This document shows, piece after piece, positions 24,600-37,195 of a DNA stretch of 64,000 nucleotides. This stretch comes from Paraspadella gotoi (lineage: Eukaryota; Animalia; Chaetognatha). Each line of letters starts with the position of its first letter. Within the stretch, counting starts at the first letter, position 1. Under the pieces are notes generated by a model. That model saw only the letters and a list, made by a program, of their open reading frames with translations. It was not told where the DNA came from and did not search any database. The translations under genes were made by a program, and so were the position numbers. The stretch spans positions 62,001-126,000 of the forward strand of contig JBJCIZ010000042.1 in the NCBI GenBank assembly GCA_051294375.1. Reading direction: 5' to 3'.

Positions 24600-27500
24600 C
24601 ATTGAAAATCTCTTTAAAAATATCTCTCCATTAGCGATTTTTTGGAGTTGCGGACTCGTTCCTGCGATCTTCATTATGCGGGTTATTCTAACTCTCAAAA
24701 AATTATGCCTCGTGCTCAGGGTAATATGCCCGATTATCTCTCTGGTTGTCGACCATGTTGGCAAGCAAACTTACAGTCTGGCAGAGAAAACCCATACTCT
24801 CTCTAGTGGCAGGACTCTTATAACCAATATATTAGTGCATTATTCGAAATGATATATAGGCAAACAATAATTCTTTGCCCGGTTGGTCTCATGGCAGGAC
24901 TCGTTTAGCCGAGAGCTTCAACTCTTCGATCCTTCCGGTGACTCAATTCTCAATATTGATAACCTCTTTCTATTATAAGGATTATTTTATAGGGTTAGCG
25001 GATCTGCTGGTTGCCTGGATTCTACAAGTGCGGGTAATATCTCTTTATTTAAAAGAATACATCATCTCTAAAAGTATTAATAGCTGATTTTTAGGAGTTG
25101 CGGAACCTTGCTGTTAGCTGGGGACACTCATGCGGACTCTTTAAAAATATCTCTCTATATAGCGATTTTTTTGGAGTTGCCGAAAGACTCGCTTGCGGAC
25201 TCATTGCGTGGACTCTTTAAAAATATCGTCTCTATATTATACTAGCAGATCACATTTCGCGCCTCCTGCGGCAACTTACCGGCTTGAGCGGGAATCTAAT
25301 TTCGCGTAGCTCTTTAACCCGAAAATATTTCATCTCTTACGGCCGGAGGTCGACTGAGGCGTGATTCTTAATTTATGGATCGAGCTGCGGAGTGCGTCTG
25401 TCGCGTGACGCTCCGTCTGCGACTCTCTTCAAAGAATATCTCTTTTAAATTACTCAGCCGATTTTTTTGTGCCGCAAGAACCAGGAGTCGCAGAGACTCG
25501 TGCGCGAACTCATGACAGTGTCTAGGAAACAACTCCGTCTTTACCAAATCATCTCCTATATAGCGATTGTTGTTGGAGAGAGAAGTTGGCTCTGGGGCTC
25601 CTGAGTTCTCCGGGAACTGCATCTGTGCATCTGTATTCATTCGTTTTTTTATAAATCACTCTTCTCGTTCCCGTCTTTTTTTCCTTCACCGTTTTCTTTT
25701 CTTTCATTTTTACTAGCGATCCTTTTTTTGCCAGTTGGGACCTCTCTCTGTTTTTTCGGCCCACTTCATTGCGGTGTAGGTTTCCATATTTCTTTATTAT
25801 ACTTATTCTCTCTTCTTTCGTATAGCGTATTTTTTGGAAGTTTGTCTTTGGACTCGTCGTTTGCCCTTGGCTTTATACTTCATGCTTGGCACTTCTCCTT
25901 ATAAAATATCTCTCATTCTTATTAGTCTGCTCTGTGGTATTCTTTTAATGTACTGTTGCTTTTCCGGACTCGTTGCGACTCATTGCGGACTCTTTTAAAA
26001 ATATCTCTCTTCCCTTTTTATATGTCTGTTATTCTTTTGGCGTGTTGCGGACTCGTTGGCACGGTGCACTCATACTCTGCTCTCTTGGTGTGACTCTTTT
26101 TAAAAAATACTACTTTTCCCTTCTTTTTTTATACTCCTATAGTCTCGATTGTTTTGGAGTCTCTGGAATTTCTCGTGTTGCGAGATTCTCTCATTTTTTG
26201 CGGAGACTTCAAACTTTATAAAAATGCTCCTACTAGAATACGCAGCGATTTTTTGGAGTGTGCGGATTCGTTGCAGACTCATGTGCGCGACTCTCTCTTT
26301 AATAATATCTTCTCGATCAATAAAATATTAAAGCCCGCATGTCTTCGGTTGTATCAGTGTGTCGGGATCTCGTTGCGTGACTCCATTGCGGACGTCTTTA
26401 AAAATATCTCTCTAACTCATAGTTGATTTCGGGCTTAAAGATGTGCGCGCGCTGACCATCCCGCCTTGCGTGCGGACCTGCTACTCTCGCGGACTGCTGT
26501 TACAATTAATAATACTCTCGCCGGCTCCGTATTAAGCGATGTTAACTCTCCCGGTAGCTTGGCGGCGACTCGTTGCGGACTCATTACCCGGCACTCTTTT
26601 AAAAAATATCTCTCTATATAGCTGTCATAATTCTAACGTGTTGGAGTTGCGATTATCCTCCCCGACGTTGTGCGGAACTTCATTTTGTTGCGACTCTGTT
26701 AGAAAACTATCTCCTCTATATAGTTATTTCTCTTGGCAGTTGCCCTCGGACCCCTCGTGTGATATATCTCTCGAAGACGATACTCATTGCGGCTACCTCA
26801 TTTTAAAACTTACATCTACTCATTATCTACTGTATAGCGATTTTTTGGAGGTTGCGGCCCTACTCGCATGTGGGCAGGACAGCGCCTCATATTGCGGTAA
26901 CTCTATTGATGAAGAGTCAGTTCTCGAGTCTCATATTTTTAATAAGCGATTTTCTCTGGACGTTGCCGGACTATCAGTGTCCGACGCGACGCTCGCTACT
27001 TTGCACGGACTCATTTAAAAGGGAAGGTGATCTCGTACAAACCGTGAGCCTTTTAATTCTAGTGATTTAGTTCGCGCATTTAATTTTTTTTGGTAGTTGC
27101 CCGGACTCCCTTTGTTTTTGCTTGGGCAATCTTTTCATTGCGGGAATACTCGATCTTCTCTAATATTCACTACCCTTCCTCACGTGTCTCATAGGCGATG
27201 TTCTTTGTGGAGGCTCTCCAGACGGGACTTCGTTCAGCTTGAGCGCCGAGAACAGACGGCTCATTGCGGCCTCTTTTGTTCACAACCAGTAGCGTTGCCT
27301 TCGCCCCACTCTTCGAACGCCCTCGTATCAGAGAGCGAATTTAATTCGCAGAGCGTTGCCGGGACGTCCTGGATTGCGCGGAATTCGTCAGCCTGTGCAT
27401 GGAGTCCTGCTCTACAAAACTTATCTCATCTCAACGTATAGGGATTTTTGGGTACAGATATGCTCCAAGACGACTCCGGTGTGCGATAGGACCTCGAGGT

Positions 27501-27850
27501 GTGAGTGCACTTCTTATAGAAATATGACTCTCGGTATATCTTAGTATAAGCTCGATTTTTTTGGAGTTGCTTGTACTTCGTCTCGCCGGGACTTCATTGC
27601 CGGGAAGACTCTTTTATAAAACTAATATCTTCCTCAGTTTTATTTATATAAGCGTTTAATTATAATTTGGCAGTAAGGTTAGCTCTGGACATCAAGTTTG
27701 CGGACTCATATTGCGAGGGATATCTCCTTTACGAATTTTAAGAATAATCCTCTATACTATAATAGGCGTATATTTTTAGGAAGTGCTGATGGTACTGCGT
27801 TCGGCCGCGACTCATACATTACACTTTGCCGGTCTCTTATTCAATACACT
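24600..27850. repeat. Degenerate ~68-bp satellite built on GTTGCGGACTC
   Basis: Recurrent agcgatttttggagttgcggactcgttgcggactcattgcggactctttaaaaatatctctc under heavy insertion noise. Confidence 0.75.
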
Positions 27851-29482
27851 ATTCTCATCGGTATGATATAGCATTATAGGATGTTTTAATGATTTTGACG
27901 CACTATTCGTAAGTGGTAATAGAGATATATGCCTATTTACTCTTTTTTTATCATAACAAAAACGAATGAAAAGCTCGGGTTCTCACAACAAATAAATTTT
28001 TAATCGAATTCTGACTCTCTAATAATTCTCGTTCTAGTGAACCAGACGCTCCATGTGTAAAATCACTGGAACTCTTCTTTACTCTGGAACTAAAACTAGC
28101 TAGATTATACATAATCCTAAACTACACTTTGTACTAGATCACTCGTAATACATGAACTCTTTTTAAGAAGAATCCTTATTATGTACTATGATTTATTGTA
28201 CATAATAATAAAAAAACTATGGCATGTGGCCAAGAGACTATTACAAGCCTCACCTCTTCATTTTGCTCACAAATATCAATATTTTTTCTATTTGCCTTGA
28301 CATGGCGATAATACTCCCCTTAAATACGCTTAGTAGATTGAGGGTGTAACAACTCATTTAAAAGTTTACCCATTCACCTTTTACTCTGAACACTCCTGGA
28401 TCATACGCCGCTCTCCCGGTAATACTCAGAGTGAAGGACAGTCTGTGTTTGATAGCCTCTAATACTTGGCCATCTCTTCTCGCCGAATGAGCCCGAAAGT
28501 TTTATGTCTCGATGTCTCAGAAATGTACGTATCTATAATCATTAGAGATAATGGTATACTCCGCGTGCTATTATATGTGAGAAAAATTTCGAGTACCCAC
28601 TTAAGTAGGAAAGGAATGGCCGTCCTCCATAGGAGATCAAACTAATCAGCTCAAGAGAAAGAAATATCGGCTCTTAGGAACCAAAGTGAAAGCTCGTCCT
28701 GCCACCAAACCTATCTTTAAGAGTAGACACTTGTTTGTAATATATGTACCAATGTAGAGCACAGTTAGGTCATATACACATTCTTCACGGACTAGCCAAA
28801 AAGCGTTCCCTATGATCTCAAAACCGTCTCAACCGTATACTTCCTAGAATGGAAAAGAAGAAGACCTTAATCTCTGATTTGTTGATCACTAAGTGTAAGA
28901 GATTCAATGAAAGCTGCGTAAGGATAGAAGTGGTGGGACTGGGGGACGNNNNNNNNNNNNNNNNNNNNNNNNNNNNNNNNNNNNNNNNNNNNNNNNNNNN
29001 NNNNNNNNNNNNNNNNNNNNNNNNNNNNNNNNNNNNNNNNNNNNNNNNAGATCTTGTAAAGCAACTGGAGGAACAAAGGCTCCGCCGCCCTTCGCACGCG
29101 ATCTCACTCTTGCCTCATACAATCCCAAATCAGGGCTTTGCGCGACGCGAAGATCGAAAATCTTTACTGCGGCATTGCAACCAAATTGCCTCTTCCTCAA
29201 TTCCCAGCTCCCGAAGCCTCGATGCGAGGGTTAAATCTATCCCCTTGCCTTATCCCTCTCGTCCCCAACCTCTGTAGTAGTTCACCCAATTCTGGACGGA
29301 TGATTAGTCAGTTTCTGAATCATATTTTAAATTAGAATATTTTATTGTGCTACAAGAAATCGTTATTTTAAATCTTTTGACCATTTCGATTGTTCTTAAT
29401 TCTATTGATCTTCTTGTTAAATGAAAAAGTATTTTTAATTTTGGATTTAAAATTGTTTTTGGTTTTGAATCCAAAATTAAAA

Positions 29483-30465
29483 ATGAATTTCACGAGGGAA
29501 TCTGTCTCGCTTTCGACTCAAAAACTCGTCAATGGTGTTAAAAAACTCATCGGCGATCAACTCAGAAGACTCGAAGTTGAACTTTTAAATAAGGAAATAG
29601 AAAACGACGATGCGTGGGCTTTTGTTTATAACTACAAAGCCCGCCTCGATCAACACAAAAGCTGTGGCCTCATCGAGTGTCCCGAAGTTGCCACGGCTGA
29701 AACTCAAACGGAAGAATGCGCTTCTTCCTCTTCATCTGGCTGCAGCCTCGCGGCGCCTCCTGTCTCAGAAGTTCAAAATGACGGGGGAATGTCGCTATCG
29801 GAAAGCTGCAGCATCACGTCTCAATTCGAAAGATCATCTTGCAACGACGGGGGTCTGACCCCGCTGCCATTTCAAAAATCTTGGCTCACTAAAAGCCGCA
29901 AGAATCCACGACGAAGGTTCTCACCTTTGCCAATTTCTTCAACGCCGGATCAAGTAAGGGAACTGACTTCAACACCTCGCGATTCACCGCGGTCCAAAAG
30001 AGAAAACGCTTGTTTCTTTTGTCAAAAGAAACATTTTCTTTCCTGCTGCTCTGATTTTAAAGTATCAGAGCCTCAAATAAAAAGGGACTTTTCAAAATGG
30101 AATCATCTCTGTTTCCGATGTCTTCGACGTGGACATGTTGCCCGCAATTGCCTTTCTGAGCGCCGTTGCATCGTGTGTGACGGCGGTCATCAGTGCTTCA
30201 CGACGTTTTCTTCCTGATGCCGTCAATGACAACGCCATCTTCAAGGGCTTCGGCATTGACGAAGGCGATAGAAAAGGAAGCTACGTCGTCACTGGAAACT
30301 CAATCATCGCCCGAAGTGTCTAATCCAGGGACTTTGGATCTACCAAAAAGTCTTGAAACGACGGGGCTATCTGATAAAAAAAAAACTATGAAGAATAACT
30401 TTGAATTTGTTATTTCACTTATATGTAATACCAAGTATCGTGATATGCGTACTATTCTACTTTAA
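29483..30465 (+). CDS. Protein with BEL/Pao Gag-type triple zinc knuckle (one frameshift near 30190)
   Basis: CFFCQKKHFLSCC, CFRCLRRGHVARNC and CIVCDGGH, with VLH in the next frame, matching the BEL C..C...HH.LLH pattern. Confidence 0.7.
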
Positions 30466-32277
30466 CAATATTCATGTTAAATATTGGACGGGGGTGATAA
30501 GAATAGTTCGTCCTTTTCTCTCTAAAGACTCGTTCAGGTCATTTTAAAATGACCACTATTTAAAATGACCATTTTGATTATTTTTACTTTCGTGAGAGCT
30601 TGCGATACGTTTTTAGTTTCTCTTCAGAGCTCAAATGTTGTACCCGCTTCGAAAACCCGTTTTTACGGGTCTCCGGTAGGATTTTGACTAATAAAGTTTC
30701 ACAATAAAATAAGAAACGTCTTTTCTATTCGGGCCCATGTTAAGACAGTCGGAACGGGCAACGTTCGAATGTTTGCCTTCGCGAGCGTGAGACCAAAATA
30801 TCTCACAATTATTATTATTATTATTATTATTTAAAGATCAGAGTTGTTTGACTTTATCTCCACTGATAATTTAAGGTTAAGACTTTGTCATAATCTTTTT
30901 CTGTCGTTGTATATTCATGAGATACTAGAGGTGCTAAATGATAAAAAGTGCTTAACTGTATCCTTGTTAGTAATATTTTAATGTAGAACTACCTAATTTA
31001 GTAATTAACTTTCTTTCAAATTTTGTCTCTCTTATTTCTGTAAGTTCCAAAGTTTAATATTTCATAGATTCCCTGGAACTCGGCGCCTATTTTGTAAACA
31101 TTTTGTCTAAGTAGAATAAACAAAGGAAGAGAGACGAGAGGGAGGCCGAGATTTTAGTACATTCCATTTTTAGATCTCAAGGGAGTAAGACGCAATATTT
31201 TAACAACTGTTTGATTTATTAATACAACTTTGGCAATCTACAATTATTTCAGGTAACTTCAAAAACTAATTAGACAGACTATGCGTAGTTCAGCTCTCTA
31301 TCCGTCATCTATTGAGGGCCACAGGTCACATTACCGACATGGTGGCCAGCGTTGTTCGCTTAACGGACAGCCTCGAAGTTATCTGTACGTGCGAATGATT
31401 GTTTTTGTCTGAGTTGATAAGGGGGAAATATAAGATTTTTTTTCTTTTCCCAATGAAACAAAATGCATTGTAAAGTGAAGAAATTTTTTCTTAAAACGTT
31501 TAGTATATTTTTTTGTTTTTGTTTTTGTTTTAGCCTCTCTGACATACGAAAATGATTTATTGTTGATAACGATGAATTTTTGGATGTTTTTACTCGAAAA
31601 CCAAAGCATTAACCTAAAGCCAAATAAATAGATCACGACTTTCTTATTATGTTAAATATTTTTATTTTCACGCCTCACTCGACGTCCAGTCAAACGATTT
31701 TTTTCGAGCTTTCTTTCCTTTAATTCCTCACTTTCTGATTATCTCTCCAACCCTCTCGCAAAATAATATTTTATTTTCATGATTCAACGAATTCTTTCGA
31801 ATTTTTGGCACTAATTTGGACATAAAAAAGAATTAGTGTAAACGATGTGATCTATGTTTAACGAATTTCGACGTTTTGGTTAATTATTTATTTTTGCTCG
31901 GTTCCTATTTAAATTGTTTTTCGGCATGAAATTTCTTTTCTTTTATTATATTGCACGGTTGAAACAAACAATGTATTTGTGTAACAATAATAAATGGCAC
32001 GGTATGTTACAAAGCATTTGAAATTGGGTCAAATAATATAAACAAGTTGGAACAGAATTTTTCCTTCCTTTGGGCGGAGGGGAAAGCGTACCTAAAGAAA
32101 CGAAAAATTATCTGAGTAAACAAATTTATACTATTTTCACCAGGATTACAAGGAAACCAGAACCGGACCGTTAAGATTTCGAATTTCGAATTTCGATTAC
32201 GGATTCACGACGGATTGCTTTCTACGACCGATTATTTCATTGTATAAAAAAAAAAACGAATATAAGCCAAATCGACG

Positions 32278-33120
32278 ATGTCCTCACATGTTGAATTGGA
32301 ATCATGGCCGACGCAAGAGCTCGACCCGCGATCATGGACGAAGAGACGACGGTTGATCAATAACATTCTAAACAACTATGCATGCCTTCAATGGCTCCGC
32401 GATCAGGGCGTCGACGTGGGAGATGACGTCGATCATGATTTCCCTCTGAGATTGCCGCTGCCAGACGAACGCCCACCGCTTTCGACGACGAAGACGGGAG
32501 ACCTCTTTGCGAGGTTATGAGGCGACGATGGCTGACGCGTCGTTGGAAACCGCGGCGCCGCCGACTGTTACATTTTCCGACGCCAATAGTGTACAAAGGT
32601 CAAAGGTGCGAGAGGTATCCAAAGGTCAAAGGTTGTTGCGAGAGGTTTCCAAGGTCAAAGGTTGTTGCGAGAGGTTTCCAAAGGTAAAGGTTGTGCGAGA
32701 GGTTTCCAAAGGTAAAGGTTTGCGAGAGGTTTCCAAAGGTAAAGGTTTGCGAGAGGTTTCCAAAGGTAAAGGTTGCGAGAGGTTCAAAGGTAAAGGTCTG
32801 CGAGAGGTGTAAATGTAAAGGACTAAATGTGAAGCATCGGAGCATTCTCCTGCTGCTGTAAATACATATATCAACTAAACGATACAAAAGAAAAGTGTAC
32901 GATAAACGTCACTTCGACCGATGATTTATTAGCAAACAAACCAAAACTCGAAATCGAAGTTTGAAAATATAGAATTGCCGACGCTTTCACAAATAGGAAG
33001 CGAAAGAATTCTAAAATTACAAAACGACTCGACGAAATACAAAGGTGGAAATCTTGGATCATAAACAACGAAACTCGGCCACGAAAAGCGACGCTTACAA
33101 TTAGAGTCACATGACTTAAC
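32278..33120 (+). CDS. Unknown cargo gene with ~27-bp tandem repeat (REVSKGKGL-type) and conserved C-terminal block
   Basis: ORF fragments 32278-32812. The downstream block is shared with 34540-35001 (minus), with synonymous changes in the NIELPxLSQIGSERILK frame. Confidence 0.45.
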
Positions 33121-33414
33121 GATATTACGACACTCTCGCTTTTCAAAATAAATAGTCAGCAAATTATTTTTAGTTATTTTGAAATAGAAATTTGTAAAGG
33201 AAATGAGAAAATACGCATAATAATTTAATAGTAATAAACAGCTGACCGAAATGAGGGAAAGTACACCATAATATGGACATTGTAATTTTAATACTGTTTT
33301 TAAAATTATATACTATATGCCTGGAATGCGACGACGAATTACGACGAATCAGAAACTGTCATGTTTGTGTGAGTTAAACTAAAACCGACGGTGAAGGAGA
33401 AACCATCGACAAAA

Positions 33415-33999
33415 ATGCCTTTCGCACCGAGAAATACTTTCTTGCGATTTGTTGGGCCGATAGCAAACTCGAAGGTATAAATATATATTCACTCTAAAGA
33501 CGCTTATAGTAGAATCTTTTAATACCATTGAAGATGTCGCTACAGATTTTCTTAAAGATATTGAATCTCATGGAATTTGGGATTGCGTTTCGATCGATGG
33601 TAAATGGTGACTCAACGAAAGATCGATCGAACTTATACAATTATCGTTTTCGTTTTACGTTTCGATGCAAAGATGGGTTGGGTAGATGCCCTCACCCTGG
33701 CGGCCAGTGCGGGTTTTTAGTTAAAATAAAATATTATTTTGGTAGGAAATTTTGTAAACACTAATGCAGAAAATTGTTTTCGTTCATTCTGCTCGGCAAA
33801 CTCGGCCGGAAATATGGGAAATCATGTTCCAGTCAGCCCGACCATTTTACTTTTATTTGGTCGTTCTTGTTGCATTGTCAATTGTCTGTCTGGCATTGCT
33901 CAGCGCATCGTCCCCTTCAATGTCGTCATTGTGTCAGTAAGAGAAAGGTGCAAATTAATTCAGTGCCGAATACATGCAAAAGAAATAATTTCGAAATGA
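33415..33999 (+). CDS. Putative spliced gene with Cys motif resembling the FAR1/WRKY-GCM1 (Mutator) DNA-binding domain
   Basis: aaaaATG start; GT-AG segments 33475-33499 and 33742-33769 restore the frame; ESFNTIEDVATDF...FRCKDG..GQCGFLVKI. One further indel is needed near 33600. Confidence 0.4.
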
Positions 34000-34336
34000 A
34001 AAGTGCAAAGAAATTCGTGCAACAGATATTAAAAGGGTGCAAAAATTTCAGGATCGTCCTGTTCGAAGTATCGTTTGTGGTTCCTTGTACTCTGCTCAAT
34101 CACCGCAACAAGAGCAAGAAACATCCGGTTGCGCCTCAACGTTTTTTTTTTTTTTTTTCTCAAATTTTGTCCAACCTTTTCCAGGTTGACTTCGATCAAC
34201 ATTACATTTTCGATATGCATGTATTACCCTTTACTTTCATCTCAACATTTTCAAAAATGATAAATAAATAATTCTGTTTATAATTCAGTTAAATTAATAA
34301 CAAAATCGTATCTCGAGTGAGGCGACTTCCGATCGA

Positions 34337-34373
<37 letters not shown>

Positions 34374-34539
34374 CGCCTCACAAGTCTGTTGTTTACTTTC
34401 AAACGTCGCCGTAAGATGCTGTAAATAAAATGATTACTAAATATCGGTCATGCGGCGAAGCATTATTATTATACTAATGTTCACACCGATTTGATTAATT
34501 TTGAATAATTACTATTAATTTTAATAATAACTTGTTCGA

Positions 34540-35745
34540 CTTGTCGCTCTTCATTGGCCGAGATTCGTCGTCAGTGATCCAAGATTTCCACTTTTTTATC
34601 TCGGTCAAGTGTTTTGAAATTTGAGAATTCTTTCGCTCCCTATTTGCGAAAGCTTCGGCAATTCTATATTTTGAATCGTTTCTTTTATTTCAAGTTTCGG
34701 TTTATTTGCTAATAAATCATCGGTCGATGTTACTTTTATGTACATTTTTCTTTCAATTATTTAGTTGAGATATACAATTACAGCAGCAGGAGCAATGCTC
34801 CGATTACATTACACATTACAATTATACATTAACATTACATTAAACCTCTCGCAGACCTTTACCTTTGAAACCTCTCGCAACAACCTTTACCTTTGAAACC
34901 TCTCGCAAACCTTTACCTTTGGAACCTCTCGCAACCTTTACCTTTGAAACCTCTCGCAAACCTTTACCTTTGGAACCTCTCCAACCTTTACCTTTGTACA
35001 CTGCCATCCTGCAGGCGGATTCGTTTGCTTCTTGAGTTTCAACCCCTGAGGTGCAGCGGATTCCACTTTCAGATCCAGGGCCCAAAAAGATTCTAAAGGG
35101 AAGATTTCTGACTCATCTGAATTTATTTTAGATATTTTAGATATTTTTACCAAGGGCCCTCTTTTCCCCCTTTCAAAAATAAATTCATTTCATTTCGTTT
35201 CTCCTCAGAGAAAAGGTTTTTGTAGGGATAACCTCACCCTGTGATTTCTAATAATAATAATATCGCGAAAATATTTTTAGCCTCTGACATTTTCGAATTT
35301 TCTAATTTTCGTCGCTCGGTTCCAAACTTCTGATAATTGATCGGCGGCATTTAAAGTCGAGGTATGAAACGAACAATAATGTTATATCTATACTAAGCCA
35401 ATAAACAACTCTAAAATCGACAAAAACATGAGTTTTACAAAATTTATATTTTCGTTTTCGTCGGTCTGTCCAGCTACTATATTTAGCTTCCTCTGGAGAA
35501 CGGAATAAGGTAACCCTTTCACCTTTTATTTTAATATATTTTTCATAATCATACTGTCATTGAATGCCTTCACATCACTACCTATTAAATTCGGACATTC
35601 ATTTACCATCACATGCGCAAAAACAGAAAAATCGATATTAAAATCTTCATCAAATGTCATCAATTCAATCACATTAAAAAAAGAAGTGGTGCTATCGAAC
35701 CCGGGCGCGGAGCTCTCGATGCCAGACCCGAGCGAATCCTGGCGC

Positions 35746-35779
<34 letters not shown>

Positions 35780-36061
35780 GCGGCGGCGGCGCGGAAGTCG
35801 TCGAGAACCCCAATCCGTCGCAACTCCTTCCTGGTGATCGTCGGTTCGATTTTGCGCTTGCGTCTCCTGATGAAACGTCGGCGCGTCGCGTATCCAGTAC
35901 TGCGGAGCAGCGTCGTTCGTCGATTCTTGCGTCTGCTGCGGCGGCGGCTGCATCGGTGGGTGCAACATCGATTGATGCTGCTGAAACTGAAATCGTTGCA
36001 TCGTTTGCTGCGTGTCNNNNNNNNNNNNNNNNNNNNNNNNNGCCGGGCCAAAATTGAACAT
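34540..36061 (-). CDS. Unknown cargo gene(s): Q/P-rich N-terminus, then a paralogue of the 32588-33095 repeat and conserved block
   Basis: ORF fragments 35669-36061, 35526-35813 and 34840-35085. Continuity between them is not demonstrable. Confidence 0.35.
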
Positions 36062-37195
36062 CGTTTTTATAACTTCTTGTTCTCTGTAAAATTTATTTTT
36101 TTTCTTCTATACTAAATCGATTTTCAATGAACTTTTGAATTAGTTCATTGGGTTGTTGCACTGAAGCTTTTAAATATTTATTAATATATAATAAATATGA
36201 TAAAGTGATTTGACGGAATTGTGCCAGGAAAAGATGAGACTTAGATGGAAAAAATCATAGTCACATTAGCTTGAAATCTTTAATATTAATGATTACTACT
36301 AACAGTACTTAATTAATGAATTATATTTATTTAAATGTAAAAAGATCATTAAAACATCGAAAAAAAGATCGTCCAATTGCAAATAAAGAGGAGTACGGGA
36401 GATAGCTCAGAGAAAATTTAGGAGTGGATAACGCACCCAAACCATAAACCAATCCAAAACAACAACTTGCTTTCAAGGGCATATGGCGTCAATGCGCGTC
36501 TTACGTATGTCATTTTAAAAACAGATTTGGAATTCTTCAAACGCATATTTTAGCCTAGTACTTGACGACATCAAGTTAACGGAAAATTAAAAAGAAAATT
36601 ATTCTAATATTTTTAGTTAATATCTATCGATTTGCAATGAAAAAAAGGCACTAGATATAGGCATGCGGATTTGAAATCAATGTTTTCGGCAATATGATTT
36701 ATCAAATTTTATGTATTTGTAAGTATTTTAAGTATTTTTATTCAAGTGAGTTAAAATAACAAATTTTTTTTTATTCGCTTAATTTTATTTCCTGGACGCT
36801 TTAAACGGCCAGACGTCCCTAAATTAATAAGAGTCGAGATTCTGCTGAAAACCGGTTTTCGAAAGCGGGACAAACAGTTTGAGCCTGAAGAGAAACTAAA
36901 AACGCGTTATCCGCAAGTCTCTCCACGAAAGTAAAAAAATAATCAAAATGGTTCACATTTTAGGAATGTGGGTTCATTTTAAAATTTACCCCTGAAGCGA
37001 GTCATTAGAGAGAAACAAGTTTGAGCAAGACATATGTCGGATCTGCCTACATATAATTAAAGCCGGTATCTCTAATCAGGATGATAAATCACAAATATTA
37101 TTTAAAAATTTTTTTTAACTCTGCATCATTTTTTTAACTCAGCATTATTTTTTTAAGCTCATGTAATTTTTTTCAGAAGCACTAATTTTTCAACT

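Larger units (their letters stand above)
30518..37012. mobile_element. 6.5-kb element with ~150-165 bp terminal inverted repeats and cargo ORFs
   Basis: 30518-30665 (ctctctaaagactcgttcagg...cgcttcgaaaacccgtttt) is the reverse complement of 36848-37012. No TSD and no DDE domain seen. Confidence 0.65.
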
